Shown here: positions 37,378 to 45,979 of the stretch, one piece after another
How the letters are laid out: each line of letters begins with the position of its first letter
How positions within the stretch are numbered: position 1 is the first letter of the stretch
DNA from: Candidatus Enterousia sp.
GTDB taxonomy: Bacteria > Pseudomonadota > Alphaproteobacteria > Rs-D84
Direction: 5' to 3'
NCBI GenBank assembly: GCA_045648885.1
Contig: JAZROV010000012.1
Location: 1 to 55,198, forward strand
Length of the DNA stretch: 55,198 bases
Position numbers and translations under genes: made by a program
Notes under the pieces: model-generated
What the model was told of the DNA's origin: nothing
The model's input: only the letters and a program-made list of their open reading frames with translations
Databases searched by the model: none

Positions 37378-37405
37378 TTCATCAGGAACTCTAAGGAGAA
37401 GAAAA

Positions 37406-37561
37406 ATGAAAAAATTTCTGGCGATTTGTGCATTATTGATTGTTGGAATCGGTATCGCAGCGTGCGGACAAATTTATGACCGCGAACCTGTGACGATTGG
37501 ATATGACAATAACGAATTGAAATTAAGCCCATGCGCATGCATTTTGGTTTATCATGCATAA
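37406..37561 (+). CDS. Small lipoprotein (51 aa), VirB7-like in size and architecture
   Basis: Not in the ORF track because it is under 60 aa. RBS TAAGGAG lies 8 nt upstream. The product is MKKFLAICALLIVGIGIAAC.. with the lipobox IAAC. Confidence 0.55.
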   Translation: MKKFLAICALLIVGIGIAACGQIYDREPVTIGYDNNELKLSPCACILVYHA

Positions 37562-37584
37562 ACTATTATCAATGGGGGGAATGA

Positions 37585-38280
37585 TTGGATTATCCAAACA
37601 GATTTAATACACCGGCATTTCCTGCGGGAAAAAGTCTTGCTTTGTCCCGGGGTGTTGCTGTTCACATTTTGATTGTATTTTTTCTGATTCTTTGTACGTG
37701 TGGACTGTTGATATTTTTCATACATTCGCAAAAAAATTATCCGTTTTTAATATCTGTTGATCCGTTGACTGATGAATGGACTGTGGTTGCGTACCCACAA
37801 AAAAATCGTGAAAACATCGTGGAACAATATCAAATAATTCAGGAAAAATTAGTCAATGATTTTGTTGGGAATTGGTTCACTATTTCTCCGAACCAGACGT
37901 TAAACGATATGCGTTGGATGGAATGTTCGATTGATGAATGTTCTTTTTCAGAACGTTTTAATCCAATAAACCAAGAATGTGCGTTGGCTTGTACATCTGG
38001 GGAAGAATTATTCAAACAATTTACTGGCAAAATTTTACCTGAATACACTGCCCGAATAAACCAGGCAGCCGAAGTTTGGTCTGTTGAAAAGAAAGATATT
38101 ATGCCATATTATGTCGACAAAGATACCAGCAAATGGCAGGTTTATGCTCAAATCAAATCTAACATCAATGGTGTTTTTAATGTTTTGATATTTTTAGACA
38201 TTAAACGCGATGATAATTTATATCCGGCTACACTGGGGTATTATGTAAAAGATTTTAACGCATATCGGGTGGGTCAATGA
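37585..38280 (+). CDS. Bitopic membrane protein, VirB8/TrbF/DotI-like (NTF2-fold) candidate
   Basis: TTG start after GGGGGGA. It has one TM helix, then a periplasmic domain beginning ISVDPLTDEWTVV and ending YPATLGYYVKDFNAYRV. The VirB8 hallmark is NPLGF.V..Y. Confidence 0.4.
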   Translation: MDYPNRFNTPAFPAGKSLALSRGVAVHILIVFFLILCTCGLLIFFIHSQKNYPFLISVDPLTDEWTVVAYPQKNRENIVEQYQIIQEKLVNDFVGNWFTISPNQTLNDMRWMECSIDECSFSERFNPINQECALACTSGEELFKQFTGKILPEYTARINQAAEVWSVEKKDIMPYYVDKDTSKWQVYAQIKSNINGVFNVLIFLDIKRDDNLYPATLGYYVKDFNAYRVGQ

Positions 38281-38942
38281 ACAGATTAAAATCATTTTTT
38301 ATAGGTATTTTGTTATTGGCAGCAACGTTTGCGATGGTTGTTTTGGTTGCGCTGGTTTATCGTGCAAACGACCAGATGTCAATCAAATCTTACATATTTC
38401 AAACGAACGATTTCGCAAAAGAACGTGTTGGTGCATTGCAAAAATTAGATGATATGTCTGCGGTTGATTTGCGCAATCGATTGATAAAAAAATATATATC
38501 TGAATATTTTACGGTTATACCGGGCGAACAAAATATACTGGTTCGTCCAGATTTGCAAAAATTGTCTGATGCGAACGCGTACCGGCAATGGCAATCAACC
38601 GAAGCGGTCAAAATCACAGAAATGGCGAATAAAAAGATGTTTCGCACTGTGCACGTCTCAGATGCAGATATTGCAACGAAAAATCTGCCTGAGGGGTATG
38701 ATTATTATGACGCAATCGAAGCAGAACCGATTTTATACGAAATTCATTATACTACAAAAACATGGACACAATCTAATGCGATGGAAATTTCACCGGTATA
38801 TGAAACGGGAAATATTTACATTTGGGCGCGTTTTAAACCAGGAATAAATAAAAATATAGACGTTCGAAAATATCTGGAATCCGGGGAAAATCCGGTTGGG
38901 TTGTTCATGTTCGAAGTCACAAACATAGAAGACAAGGAATAG
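38277..38942 (+). CDS. Bitopic membrane protein, second VirB8/DotI-like candidate
   Basis: ATGA overlap with the previous gene. It has one TM helix, and its C-terminus reads ENPVGLFMFEVTNIE (NP.G motif). Confidence 0.4.
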   Translation: MNRLKSFFIGILLLAATFAMVVLVALVYRANDQMSIKSYIFQTNDFAKERVGALQKLDDMSAVDLRNRLIKKYISEYFTVIPGEQNILVRPDLQKLSDANAYRQWQSTEAVKITEMANKKMFRTVHVSDADIATKNLPEGYDYYDAIEAEPILYEIHYTTKTWTQSNAMEISPVYETGNIYIWARFKPGINKNIDVRKYLESGENPVGLFMFEVTNIEDKE

Positions 38943-38945
38943 CGA

Positions 38946-39740
38946 ATGTTAAAAAAAATTATGTTTTTGATGTCTTTGGTTGCGATTGTTTTTTTATCGC
39001 CGTTTGCGGTGGCTGATGACGCTTTTGATTTTGATAATTTTGCGATTATTGATGATGATTCAGACGATATCAACATTCCAAATGTTTCTTTGAATTCTGG
39101 GGCTGGACCTGTTGCGGTTGCACAATTTGATATTGGTGGCGCAATGTTGGGGATGACTTACGATGAAATAAACGACATATTTTTTGAAAATTCATCGCTT
39201 TATGCGCCGCGAAAAAACGACAGCATTATTTATAAAATAAACAAAGAATGGGAATATAATCTGGATTACGAATGTCGGCAAAGTGGTATTTTTGTTCCAG
39301 AACAATTACAAAAATGCATTTATTCTTTGGCACGAAATCGTGGATTGTTGTATGTGTCTGAAATACATCTGGAACGCACGTATACTGGTGAAACGATTGA
39401 TATTTATTTTACCAGCAATGCGTCTGATAATGTTGTTTGGAAAATTGTATATAAAAACGATGCGAATGTTTTAGACGGCCAGGACAGCGAAACATCTCAA
39501 ACATTCGAAAATCAACGCACGCGTAAACTGTTGGCATTTTGGCAGGGAGTATTGGATAAATATGGCGTTCCAAATTCAGATGAAGACAAATGGATATCGT
39601 CTGAAAACGCCTATGACCCAATGATGCGGGCATATCTGGGACAATTAGAATTGATTGACAACGGATTAAATGCCGCAGATTTGGCAAAAAATATCCAGGC
39701 TTCACGTGAAAATTTCCAGGCGAAACCTTATGCATTCTAG
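38946..39740 (+). CDS. Secreted hypothetical protein
   Basis: Signal peptide (..SPFAVADD) followed by an acidic N-terminal stretch. Same operon by spacing (3-nt gap). Confidence 0.5.
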   Translation: MLKKIMFLMSLVAIVFLSPFAVADDAFDFDNFAIIDDDSDDINIPNVSLNSGAGPVAVAQFDIGGAMLGMTYDEINDIFFENSSLYAPRKNDSIIYKINKEWEYNLDYECRQSGIFVPEQLQKCIYSLARNRGLLYVSEIHLERTYTGETIDIYFTSNASDNVVWKIVYKNDANVLDGQDSETSQTFENQRTRKLLAFWQGVLDKYGVPNSDEDKWISSENAYDPMMRAYLGQLELIDNGLNAADLAKNIQASRENFQAKPYAF

Positions 39741-40083
39741 TCAAACATCTTATCAAATTGGTTTATATTCTGAATTTCTGGCGCGATGGTTTTTACGTTT
39801 TCATGGGTACCGCATATTAAAAAGTCGATATATAACCGGTAAAAATACTAACCGCGCCGAAATAGACATCATCGCGCAGCGAAAGAACACTATCGTATTC
39901 ATAGAAGTCAAATCACGTCAAACTGTATCGGCTGCATGGGACGCGATTACACCGGCACAATCGGCACGGTTGCGACGTGCAGCCGAAACTTTTTTGATAA
40001 ACAAACACTGGACTGGAAATGCCAGATTTGATGTGATTGTTGTATGCGGGCACAAAATTCATTGGGCTAAAAACGCGATTTAA
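39730..40083 (+). CDS. yraN: YraN-family (UPF0102) endonuclease-like protein
   Basis: G...E..A..FL...GY.IL..RY pattern and EIDIIAQRKNTIVFIEVKSR. The start is set at MHSSQTSYQIG. Confidence 0.8.
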   Translation: MHSSQTSYQIGLYSEFLARWFLRFHGYRILKSRYITGKNTNRAEIDIIAQRKNTIVFIEVKSRQTVSAAWDAITPAQSARLRRAAETFLINKHWTGNARFDVIVVCGHKIHWAKNAI

Positions 40084-40340
40084 TTTTTTATAACTGCGCT
40101 TTTTATCAATGTGACATCTTCTTTGATTCCGTCTATTTTTAATTGCAATTGACCGATGCCAGATTCCAAAATAGTTGTTCTGTTTTCCAGTGATGTTATT
40201 CGCTGATCTTGGCGCGTCAATTCTTCCAAAGAAGAATCTTGGCGCGCAATCCAATAAACACATCCGAAAATCAAAGCCACCAGGAACCACCCGTCATGCA
40301 ATATTTCCAAAATATTTTTTATATTTTTTTGTTGTGGCAT
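40080..40340 (-). CDS. Small membrane protein with coiled-coil tail
   Basis: 86 aa with one TM helix (WFLVALIFGCVYWI), then heptad-like LEELTRQDQRITSLENRTTILESGIGQLQLKIDGIKEDV. Confidence 0.45.
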   Translation of the reverse strand: MPQQKNIKNILEILHDGWFLVALIFGCVYWIARQDSSLEELTRQDQRITSLENRTTILESGIGQLQLKIDGIKEDVTLIKSAVIKN

Positions 40341-40373
40341 GATTTCATAAATAATTTTCCATAAAAAAGTTGT

Positions 40374-40574
40374 TTATGTTTGATTATTCCCCCGTTGTAT
40401 TAAATTTTCGATTTGGTGAACCAGCGCATTTTGCGCGGCCCACCAACGTAATTCATTATCAGAAACATTCGGTCCAAAAACACGTTCCACGGTTATCGAC
40501 CGCAAATGCGCCAACACGCGTTTGCCGTCAAAACCAGAAAAAGTACGTGCATATTGTTTTTCAATTTCTGTCAT
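40374..40574 (-). CDS. Small phage protein (Bbp19-like?)
   Basis: 66 aa. The pattern F.G.DGKRVLAHLRSITVERVFGPNVSDNELRWWAAQNALV resembles small proteins next to the portal in BPP-1-type podoviruses (from memory). Confidence 0.35.
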   Translation of the reverse strand: MTEIEKQYARTFSGFDGKRVLAHLRSITVERVFGPNVSDNELRWWAAQNALVHQIENLIQRGNNQT

Positions 40575-40589
40575 TTTTATATTGTCCTT

Positions 40590-41813
40590 TTATATTGCAG
40601 ATTCTTCACGTGCCATTTGTGCAATTGGCGCCATGTATTTTAATTCTGCATCACTGTGCAAAGATATTTTTTCTATTAAACCGCGACGCGATAATATCTG
40701 CAGACCGCGTTCACATAACGGTTTAATAAATTCGTGCAGCAACCGACCGTATGTCGCACCCAAAATTCGTATCATATCAGAATTACGTGCTAATATTTCG
40801 GTCGCAGTCATTTCTTTGTCCGACAATAACCCAAGTCTGTCTGCCAGCAATGTATGACGAATACGATCACGTAAATCGCGCAGGACAATTTGCGAAACAT
40901 CAAAATCAGCTCCACTGGACAGCGGCGTCAGCCCAGAACTGCCAACTGCTTTCGGTATAATTGCACCCGGTGTCAAATTTATGTTTGATAAATTGATAAC
41001 ACCATCATCATCTGCCTGCCAGATACCACTGACCGCGATAGTCGCGTTTTTCAAAACTAATTCTACAACTTTGTTTGCGGTTTTTATATCTGGCAACGCG
41101 CGCAACACTGGGCCACGACCATATATTTCCCCACTGACCAACGACCAACGGAAAATTATATATGGATTTGTTTCAAATGTTCCACGTGCAACGATATTAT
41201 TTTCAATATCACCGCCAACATCTATCCATGCTGTAAAATCTTTTCCGATTAAAGATTGCACCAATCTGATTGGTGTTTGCGGGTTATTTTTTATCGTGTC
41301 TTTCATATTTTTCGGGAATATGAAATTCGGATATTTTTCCATAATATCACACGCAGGCAGCGAAGTTGTATGGAAAACCGCACCGTTTAATAAAGCTATA
41401 TCTGTCATTGGAATCGCAGTGAACGAAAAAGCAGAATCTGAACCGATTGGGTTTTCAGACATAAATAAACATGCTGTTCCTAAAACAACTAAATCAATAT
41501 AGCATTGGTGCACTGTTGTATAAAAATTCGAATCATTCAAATGCGCACGCAACATTGCTGTCGCGATTTCTGGGTTTGGAGATAAATCGCTTTCACGAAC
41601 CAGATTCACCCACAAAGATTCTGGTGGCGTCAACAGAGAATACATTGACGCAGCCAAATTGTCTACTGCATCCGCCGCAGTCGCATCAAACAAAGTTGCA
41701 ACATCTGAATCATCGGTCGGGATTGTGTATCGTATTGCTGATTTCCAACGGTTTAACCATATTTCCCGTTCGTCCAGCGCACGTTTATATAATTGCATAA
41801 GATTTTTTTGCAT
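40590..41813 (-). CDS. Portal (head-to-tail connector) protein, T7 gp8-type
   Basis: 407 aa. The N-terminal pattern ..R....WLNRWK.A.RYT.P......LFD.TA.DAVDNLAASMYSLLTPPESLW is typical of the podoviral head-tail connector family. It sits immediately downstream of the terminase nuclease ORF. Confidence 0.7.
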   Translation of the reverse strand: MQKNLMQLYKRALDEREIWLNRWKSAIRYTIPTDDSDVATLFDATAADAVDNLAASMYSLLTPPESLWVNLVRESDLSPNPEIATAMLRAHLNDSNFYTTVHQCYIDLVVLGTACLFMSENPIGSDSAFSFTAIPMTDIALLNGAVFHTTSLPACDIMEKYPNFIFPKNMKDTIKNNPQTPIRLVQSLIGKDFTAWIDVGGDIENNIVARGTFETNPYIIFRWSLVSGEIYGRGPVLRALPDIKTANKVVELVLKNATIAVSGIWQADDDGVINLSNINLTPGAIIPKAVGSSGLTPLSSGADFDVSQIVLRDLRDRIRHTLLADRLGLLSDKEMTATEILARNSDMIRILGATYGRLLHEFIKPLCERGLQILSRRGLIEKISLHSDAELKYMAPIAQMAREESAI

Positions 41814-41834
41814 TTGTTTTTTTCCTTTTGTTTT

Positions 41835-42683
41835 TTATATTTTGAATTCTGTGTTTGCTTTGATTAAACCGTTATTGGTTATCAAAGGCTTAACCGATAT
41901 CGGGTTCATCAGCAGCGCACCTGCAACTGCATCTAAACCGTCATCATGTTCTTTCGAACCAATCGGCGTCCATGCCAGCATTTCAGACAATAACATTGTT
42001 TGTTTTATCCGCGTGTGCATATACAGACGACCTGTGTTTAATATCGGTTCAATGGCATTCAAAATTCTGGTTTCTTTTTTGGTATGATTTGAAATTTGTA
42101 TGATATTTATTGTCATTTGACGCGCATTCGCAACACGTCGCATAATTTCAGGCAACGCATTACCAATACCGTTTATTTCTATACCAATGCGATTTATTCT
42201 GTGTTTTTGCATAAAATTCAGAACTGATTCACATTGGCTGGCCAGTGGGTGCAAATCGTCATCGTCAACCACCATATACAATATGTCGTGAACGAATACG
42301 TTTTTTAATTTGTCGTCACGATAAACCAGTGCGCAAACACTGCCGTCAGATGTGCTGTGGCCGGAAGACGGGTCCCAATACAAACACGCGCCATTTATAT
42401 GATGTTCACCGATTCGCGACGAATGAATATCAAAATCATCGTCATAAAAATGCACACTGCCCGGGTCCAGATGTATTCTTTCTTCTGCGACATATTCCAA
42501 CATCATCTGGGCAGAAAAATGTCGTGGTCCAACAATACGTTCTAATTCGTGTATTTTTTCAATGGGGAACAACTCTGGCCACGCCGGATTTCCAGCATCA
42601 TCGACGATTGGTATTTTTAATTGTTTATACCCACTTAAAAAAGGTATTGAATTATTAAAATTTTCGTTTAATCTAATGGACAT
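41835..42683 (-). CDS. Large terminase, C-terminal nuclease half (separate ORF)
   Basis: NPAWPELFPIEKIHELERIVGPRHFSAQMMLE is followed by an RNaseH-like nuclease with ACLYWDPS(S), RIGIEINGIG and the terminal HDDGLDAVAG motif. An internal ATG at 42683 is preceded by GGAG 8 nt upstream. The track ORF extends to 42758. Confidence 0.75.
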   Translation of the reverse strand: MSIRLNENFNNSIPFLSGYKQLKIPIVDDAGNPAWPELFPIEKIHELERIVGPRHFSAQMMLEYVAEERIHLDPGSVHFYDDDFDIHSSRIGEHHINGACLYWDPSSGHSTSDGSVCALVYRDDKLKNVFVHDILYMVVDDDDLHPLASQCESVLNFMQKHRINRIGIEINGIGNALPEIMRRVANARQMTINIIQISNHTKKETRILNAIEPILNTGRLYMHTRIKQTMLLSEMLAWTPIGSKEHDDGLDAVAGALLMNPISVKPLITNNGLIKANTEFKI

Positions 42684-44232
42684 GGACTTTACTCCGAAAA
42701 CTTTACCCACAAATTTAGAGGCCGAACAGGCAGTTCTGGCCGCGGTTTTAATGAACAACCGTGCTTTGGAATCTGTATCCGAATTTTTATTGCCAGAACA
42801 TTTTTCGCATCCTGCCCACCAAGAAATCTATAAATTGGCACTGCGGCAATTTTCGGCGGGTATTCCGTTTGATATAATCACTGCGAAAACATATCTGGAA
42901 CAACAGGGTGTTCTGGAATCTGTTGGTGGGGTTGAATACCTGACTAAATTGGCGGGCGCTGGTGCAACGGTTGTAAATGTTGAACATTATGGTCGTATTA
43001 TTTTTGACAATGCCCGTCGTCGTGATTTAATCGGTTTGGGTCAAAATATAATTGACAGCGCCTATACCGAAGACATCGATAACACCGTTGATTCGCAAAT
43101 TGAAAACGCAGAGCAAAAATTATTCAATTTGGCATCAACTGGGCAATCTGAACAAAACATAGTTTCATTGGCAGACGCATTAAAAGGCGCCCTGCAAGAG
43201 GCCGAAATCGCATACAAAGCCGATGGCAAATTGTCTGGTTTAACCACCGGTTTGGATGAATTAGATAAATCGTTAAGTGGCCTGCATCATTCTGATTTAA
43301 TCATTGTCGCCGGACGTCCAGGTATGGGAAAAACGACATTGGCTATGAACATTGCTTTTAATGCTGCTAATGCTATTTTCAACGGCCGTGCGAATGAAAA
43401 ATATCACGGTGCGGTTATATTTTTCAGTCTGGAAATGTCGAACCAGCAATTGGCCGCACGTGTGTTGTCTTCGCAATCTAAAATACCGGCATCCCACATG
43501 CGCGAGGGTAATTTGACAGACGAAGATTTCATGAAAATGTCTGAATATTCAAATGCGTTGTCAAAAATACCTTTGGTTATAGATGACACTGCCGATATGT
43601 CGGTACCCATGATAAAAACGCGCGCGCGTCGTATTGCTCGTAAATTTGGTGGTGTTGCGTTAATTGTTATCGACTATTTACAATTGATGAAATTGCCTGG
43701 GGGCAAAAACAGCGACAACCGCGTCCAAGAATTATCCACAATCACTCGTGGCTTGAAGATTCTGGCCAAAGAATTGGATGTTCCTGTTATAACTTTGTCG
43801 CAATTATCGCGCAGCGTCGAACAACGTGATGACAAACGACCAATATTGTCTGATTTGCGTGATTCAGGTTCTATTGAACAAGATGCAGATATCGTGATGT
43901 TCACGTATCGTGATGAATATTATTTAAGCAATCGCTCACCTGAAAATCGTCTGTCTGGTAATGCGCCACAGAAAGTGACTGAAAATTGGCAAAACCGTTT
44001 AGATAAATCTCGGAACAAAGCAGATATTATCATCGCGAAAAACCGTCATGGCAAACCAGAAACCGTGCATTTAAGTTTTGTCGGCGAATACTATCTGTTT
44101 GACAATTTGAACCAATTTGGACCTCAGCCGATTATACCGGACGATGGTTTTTCGGTGCAATATTCATCTAATGCTGATTCTGGGGTTCAAACTGTTGCTG
44201 ATATAAACGATATTCCTGATGATATAATTTAA
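42676..44232 (+). CDS. dnaB: Replicative DNA helicase DnaB with acidic C-terminal extension
   Basis: N-terminal LPTNLEAEQAVLAAVL, Walker A GRPGMGKTT, Walker B IVIDYLQLM, then LSQLSRSVEQR and SDLRDSGSIEQDAD. About 45 extra residues end in ..DINDIPDDII. Confidence 0.92.
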   Translation: MDMDFTPKTLPTNLEAEQAVLAAVLMNNRALESVSEFLLPEHFSHPAHQEIYKLALRQFSAGIPFDIITAKTYLEQQGVLESVGGVEYLTKLAGAGATVVNVEHYGRIIFDNARRRDLIGLGQNIIDSAYTEDIDNTVDSQIENAEQKLFNLASTGQSEQNIVSLADALKGALQEAEIAYKADGKLSGLTTGLDELDKSLSGLHHSDLIIVAGRPGMGKTTLAMNIAFNAANAIFNGRANEKYHGAVIFFSLEMSNQQLAARVLSSQSKIPASHMREGNLTDEDFMKMSEYSNALSKIPLVIDDTADMSVPMIKTRARRIARKFGGVALIVIDYLQLMKLPGGKNSDNRVQELSTITRGLKILAKELDVPVITLSQLSRSVEQRDDKRPILSDLRDSGSIEQDADIVMFTYRDEYYLSNRSPENRLSGNAPQKVTENWQNRLDKSRNKADIIIAKNRHGKPETVHLSFVGEYYLFDNLNQFGPQPIIPDDGFSVQYSSNADSGVQTVADINDIPDDII

Positions 44233-44298
44233 TTATTTTTCTTGCCAAACAAATAAATTTTTAATATCATTTTGTCAACATATACCAAGGAGTTTACG

Positions 44299-45306
44299 AT
44301 GGCCCTAGAAGAAATCATTTTTCCAAACAACATCAGAAACATTCGCGCCGCCAAAGGCATGAAAATGACTGAATTGGCACGCCAGGCGAATCTGTCGTTG
44401 TCTGCAGTATCGAAAATTGAAAAAGGTGTCAGACGTTTAAATCAAAAACAATTGTTAAATGTATGCACTATATTGGGCTGCAAATTATCTGACATTTTCA
44501 TTCACGAATCAGACGCAGTCGCCAATCAATGGCAAAACGAAATCAAACGCCGTTTAACGGACAACGAAGACAGCGGATTGAAAGTCTTTGGTTCCGGGCT
44601 TCGTAAAATTCGTCAACGCGCTGAAAAAACCATCGCAGAAACTGCGAAAATGGCCGGAATGACATTGTCTGTGTATCATAAAATCGAAGTTGGCCAACGC
44701 GAAGTTTATGAAGATGAAATCGATATTTTGGCGAAAACTTTTGGTTATACATCAAAACAATTGTTCGATGAAATCGCAAAACTTTATAACGCCGGCGAAT
44801 TGACCAAACAAATAAACAAAGTCAAAGAACGCGTCAAATCTGTTTTGGAACCTGGCAATCCAGAATCTGGATTGGATGTTCATGGTGGTCTTTTTGGTGC
44901 GCAATTGTATGATAATGCGCGCAAAAAATTGGTTCCTGTGTTCGGCAAACCTGATGGTAAATCAATCAAACTGAAAAAATCTGATGAAACGATGATTGTC
45001 GCTCCGGGGGCGTTGGAAGGCAAAAACGGAATCTATGCGATTATTCCGAATTCTAAGCGTTTGGGCGGATTTATCCCGGAAACATCATATATTTTCGCAG
45101 ACGCTAATGAAAAACCATCTGTGGGTGATTTAGCAGTATGCATTGATTCAGATTTTTCAAAAATGGATTCTGATGAAACAGTGTCTGCCCAGATTGCGGT
45201 GGTTCGTCAAGATTCACATGGCAAATTATATGGACATATATCTAATCCTGATGAAAAAATACATTTCCAAACGATGCATAAAATTGTTATGATTGTTATG
45301 AAATAA
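44299..45306 (+). CDS. Double XRE-type HTH regulator with S24/CI-like C-terminal beta domain
   Basis: RBS AAGGAG upstream of ATG 44299. HTH 1 is IRNIRAAKGMKMTELARQANLSLSAVSKIEKG. HTH 2 is LRKIRQRAEKTIAETAKMAGMTLSVYHKIEVG. The C-terminus is VPVFGKPDG....GDLAVCID, LexA/CI-like but with no clear Ser-Lys dyad. Confidence 0.6.
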   Translation: MALEEIIFPNNIRNIRAAKGMKMTELARQANLSLSAVSKIEKGVRRLNQKQLLNVCTILGCKLSDIFIHESDAVANQWQNEIKRRLTDNEDSGLKVFGSGLRKIRQRAEKTIAETAKMAGMTLSVYHKIEVGQREVYEDEIDILAKTFGYTSKQLFDEIAKLYNAGELTKQINKVKERVKSVLEPGNPESGLDVHGGLFGAQLYDNARKKLVPVFGKPDGKSIKLKKSDETMIVAPGALEGKNGIYAIIPNSKRLGGFIPETSYIFADANEKPSVGDLAVCIDSDFSKMDSDETVSAQIAVVRQDSHGKLYGHISNPDEKIHFQTMHKIVMIVMK

Positions 45307-45334
45307 TAAAAACTGTCAAGGAGGGACATAACAC

Positions 45335-45976
45335 ATGCAACAACAAGCACACATAATTGCCCAGCGTTTGTTAAACCTTTACCGTCAAGAACACGTGATA
45401 AATGGTGGCTGGACGGCCGTGAACAAGGTTTTAATTGCAGAATCTGATGATCCCCAGGTCATAGAAGAATTAAAAAAATTGCCGACTGGAAAACGTCTGG
45501 CGACGCACATCGATAATTTGCGCAGCGGTAAAACCCCGATGAATACAATTGAAAGCGAATTGTTACCATACGGCGGTTTGATTGCCAGCCAAGAAATGCG
45601 TTTTTCTTTGACAGACGAAGAAATAACCCAATTAAAATCTGCATTGGATACATTTGAAACCACACCTGAAAATTTAAAGAACATCAAAAATATGGAATGT
45701 GTCCGGAAATTTGGCGCAGACTGGGTAGATGCTATTAAATCTGTGTTATCAAAAGATCCTGAATATCTTGCAAAATGGGACAATGTTGTCCGCACATCAA
45801 AGGCATACCAGATGTGGGATTCTGCAAAACAGTTGGTGTCTGAAACACTGACCGAACGCAATCGCGCTCAAATTCAGGCCGACATGCCAGAATTCGAGAC
45901 GTATTTACCAATGTTTGGCGACCAAGGCCGTGCGATATTGGCAAAATTGCGAACATTTATGTCATCTGCATCTTGA
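45335..45976 (+). CDS. Hypothetical protein
   Basis: 213-aa helical-looking ORF with RBS AGGAGG upstream. It is the last gene of the plus-strand block and ends 3 nt before the stop of the convergent terminase ATPase ORF. Confidence 0.5.
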   Translation: MQQQAHIIAQRLLNLYRQEHVINGGWTAVNKVLIAESDDPQVIEELKKLPTGKRLATHIDNLRSGKTPMNTIESELLPYGGLIASQEMRFSLTDEEITQLKSALDTFETTPENLKNIKNMECVRKFGADWVDAIKSVLSKDPEYLAKWDNVVRTSKAYQMWDSAKQLVSETLTERNRAQIQADMPEFETYLPMFGDQGRAILAKLRTFMSSAS

Positions 45977-45979
45977 TTT

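Noticed and set aside
37285-37559. Track ORFs 37285..37479 (+) and 37371..37559 (-) in the bamA-downstream spacer.
   Set aside because: Both overlap the better-supported 51-aa lipoprotein gene (37406..37561), which has a strong RBS and a lipobox. The first also overlaps the bamA 3' end.
42562-42675. Long N-terminal extensions suggested by the ORF track: dnaB from 42562, yajC from 805, uppS from 32394, der to 23355, birA to 53746, yraN from 39670, SIMPL to 30418.
   Set aside because: The extensions overlap upstream genes or repeats and lack homology to the family N-termini. Better-placed internal ATGs, often with AGGAG-type RBSs, give canonical protein starts.
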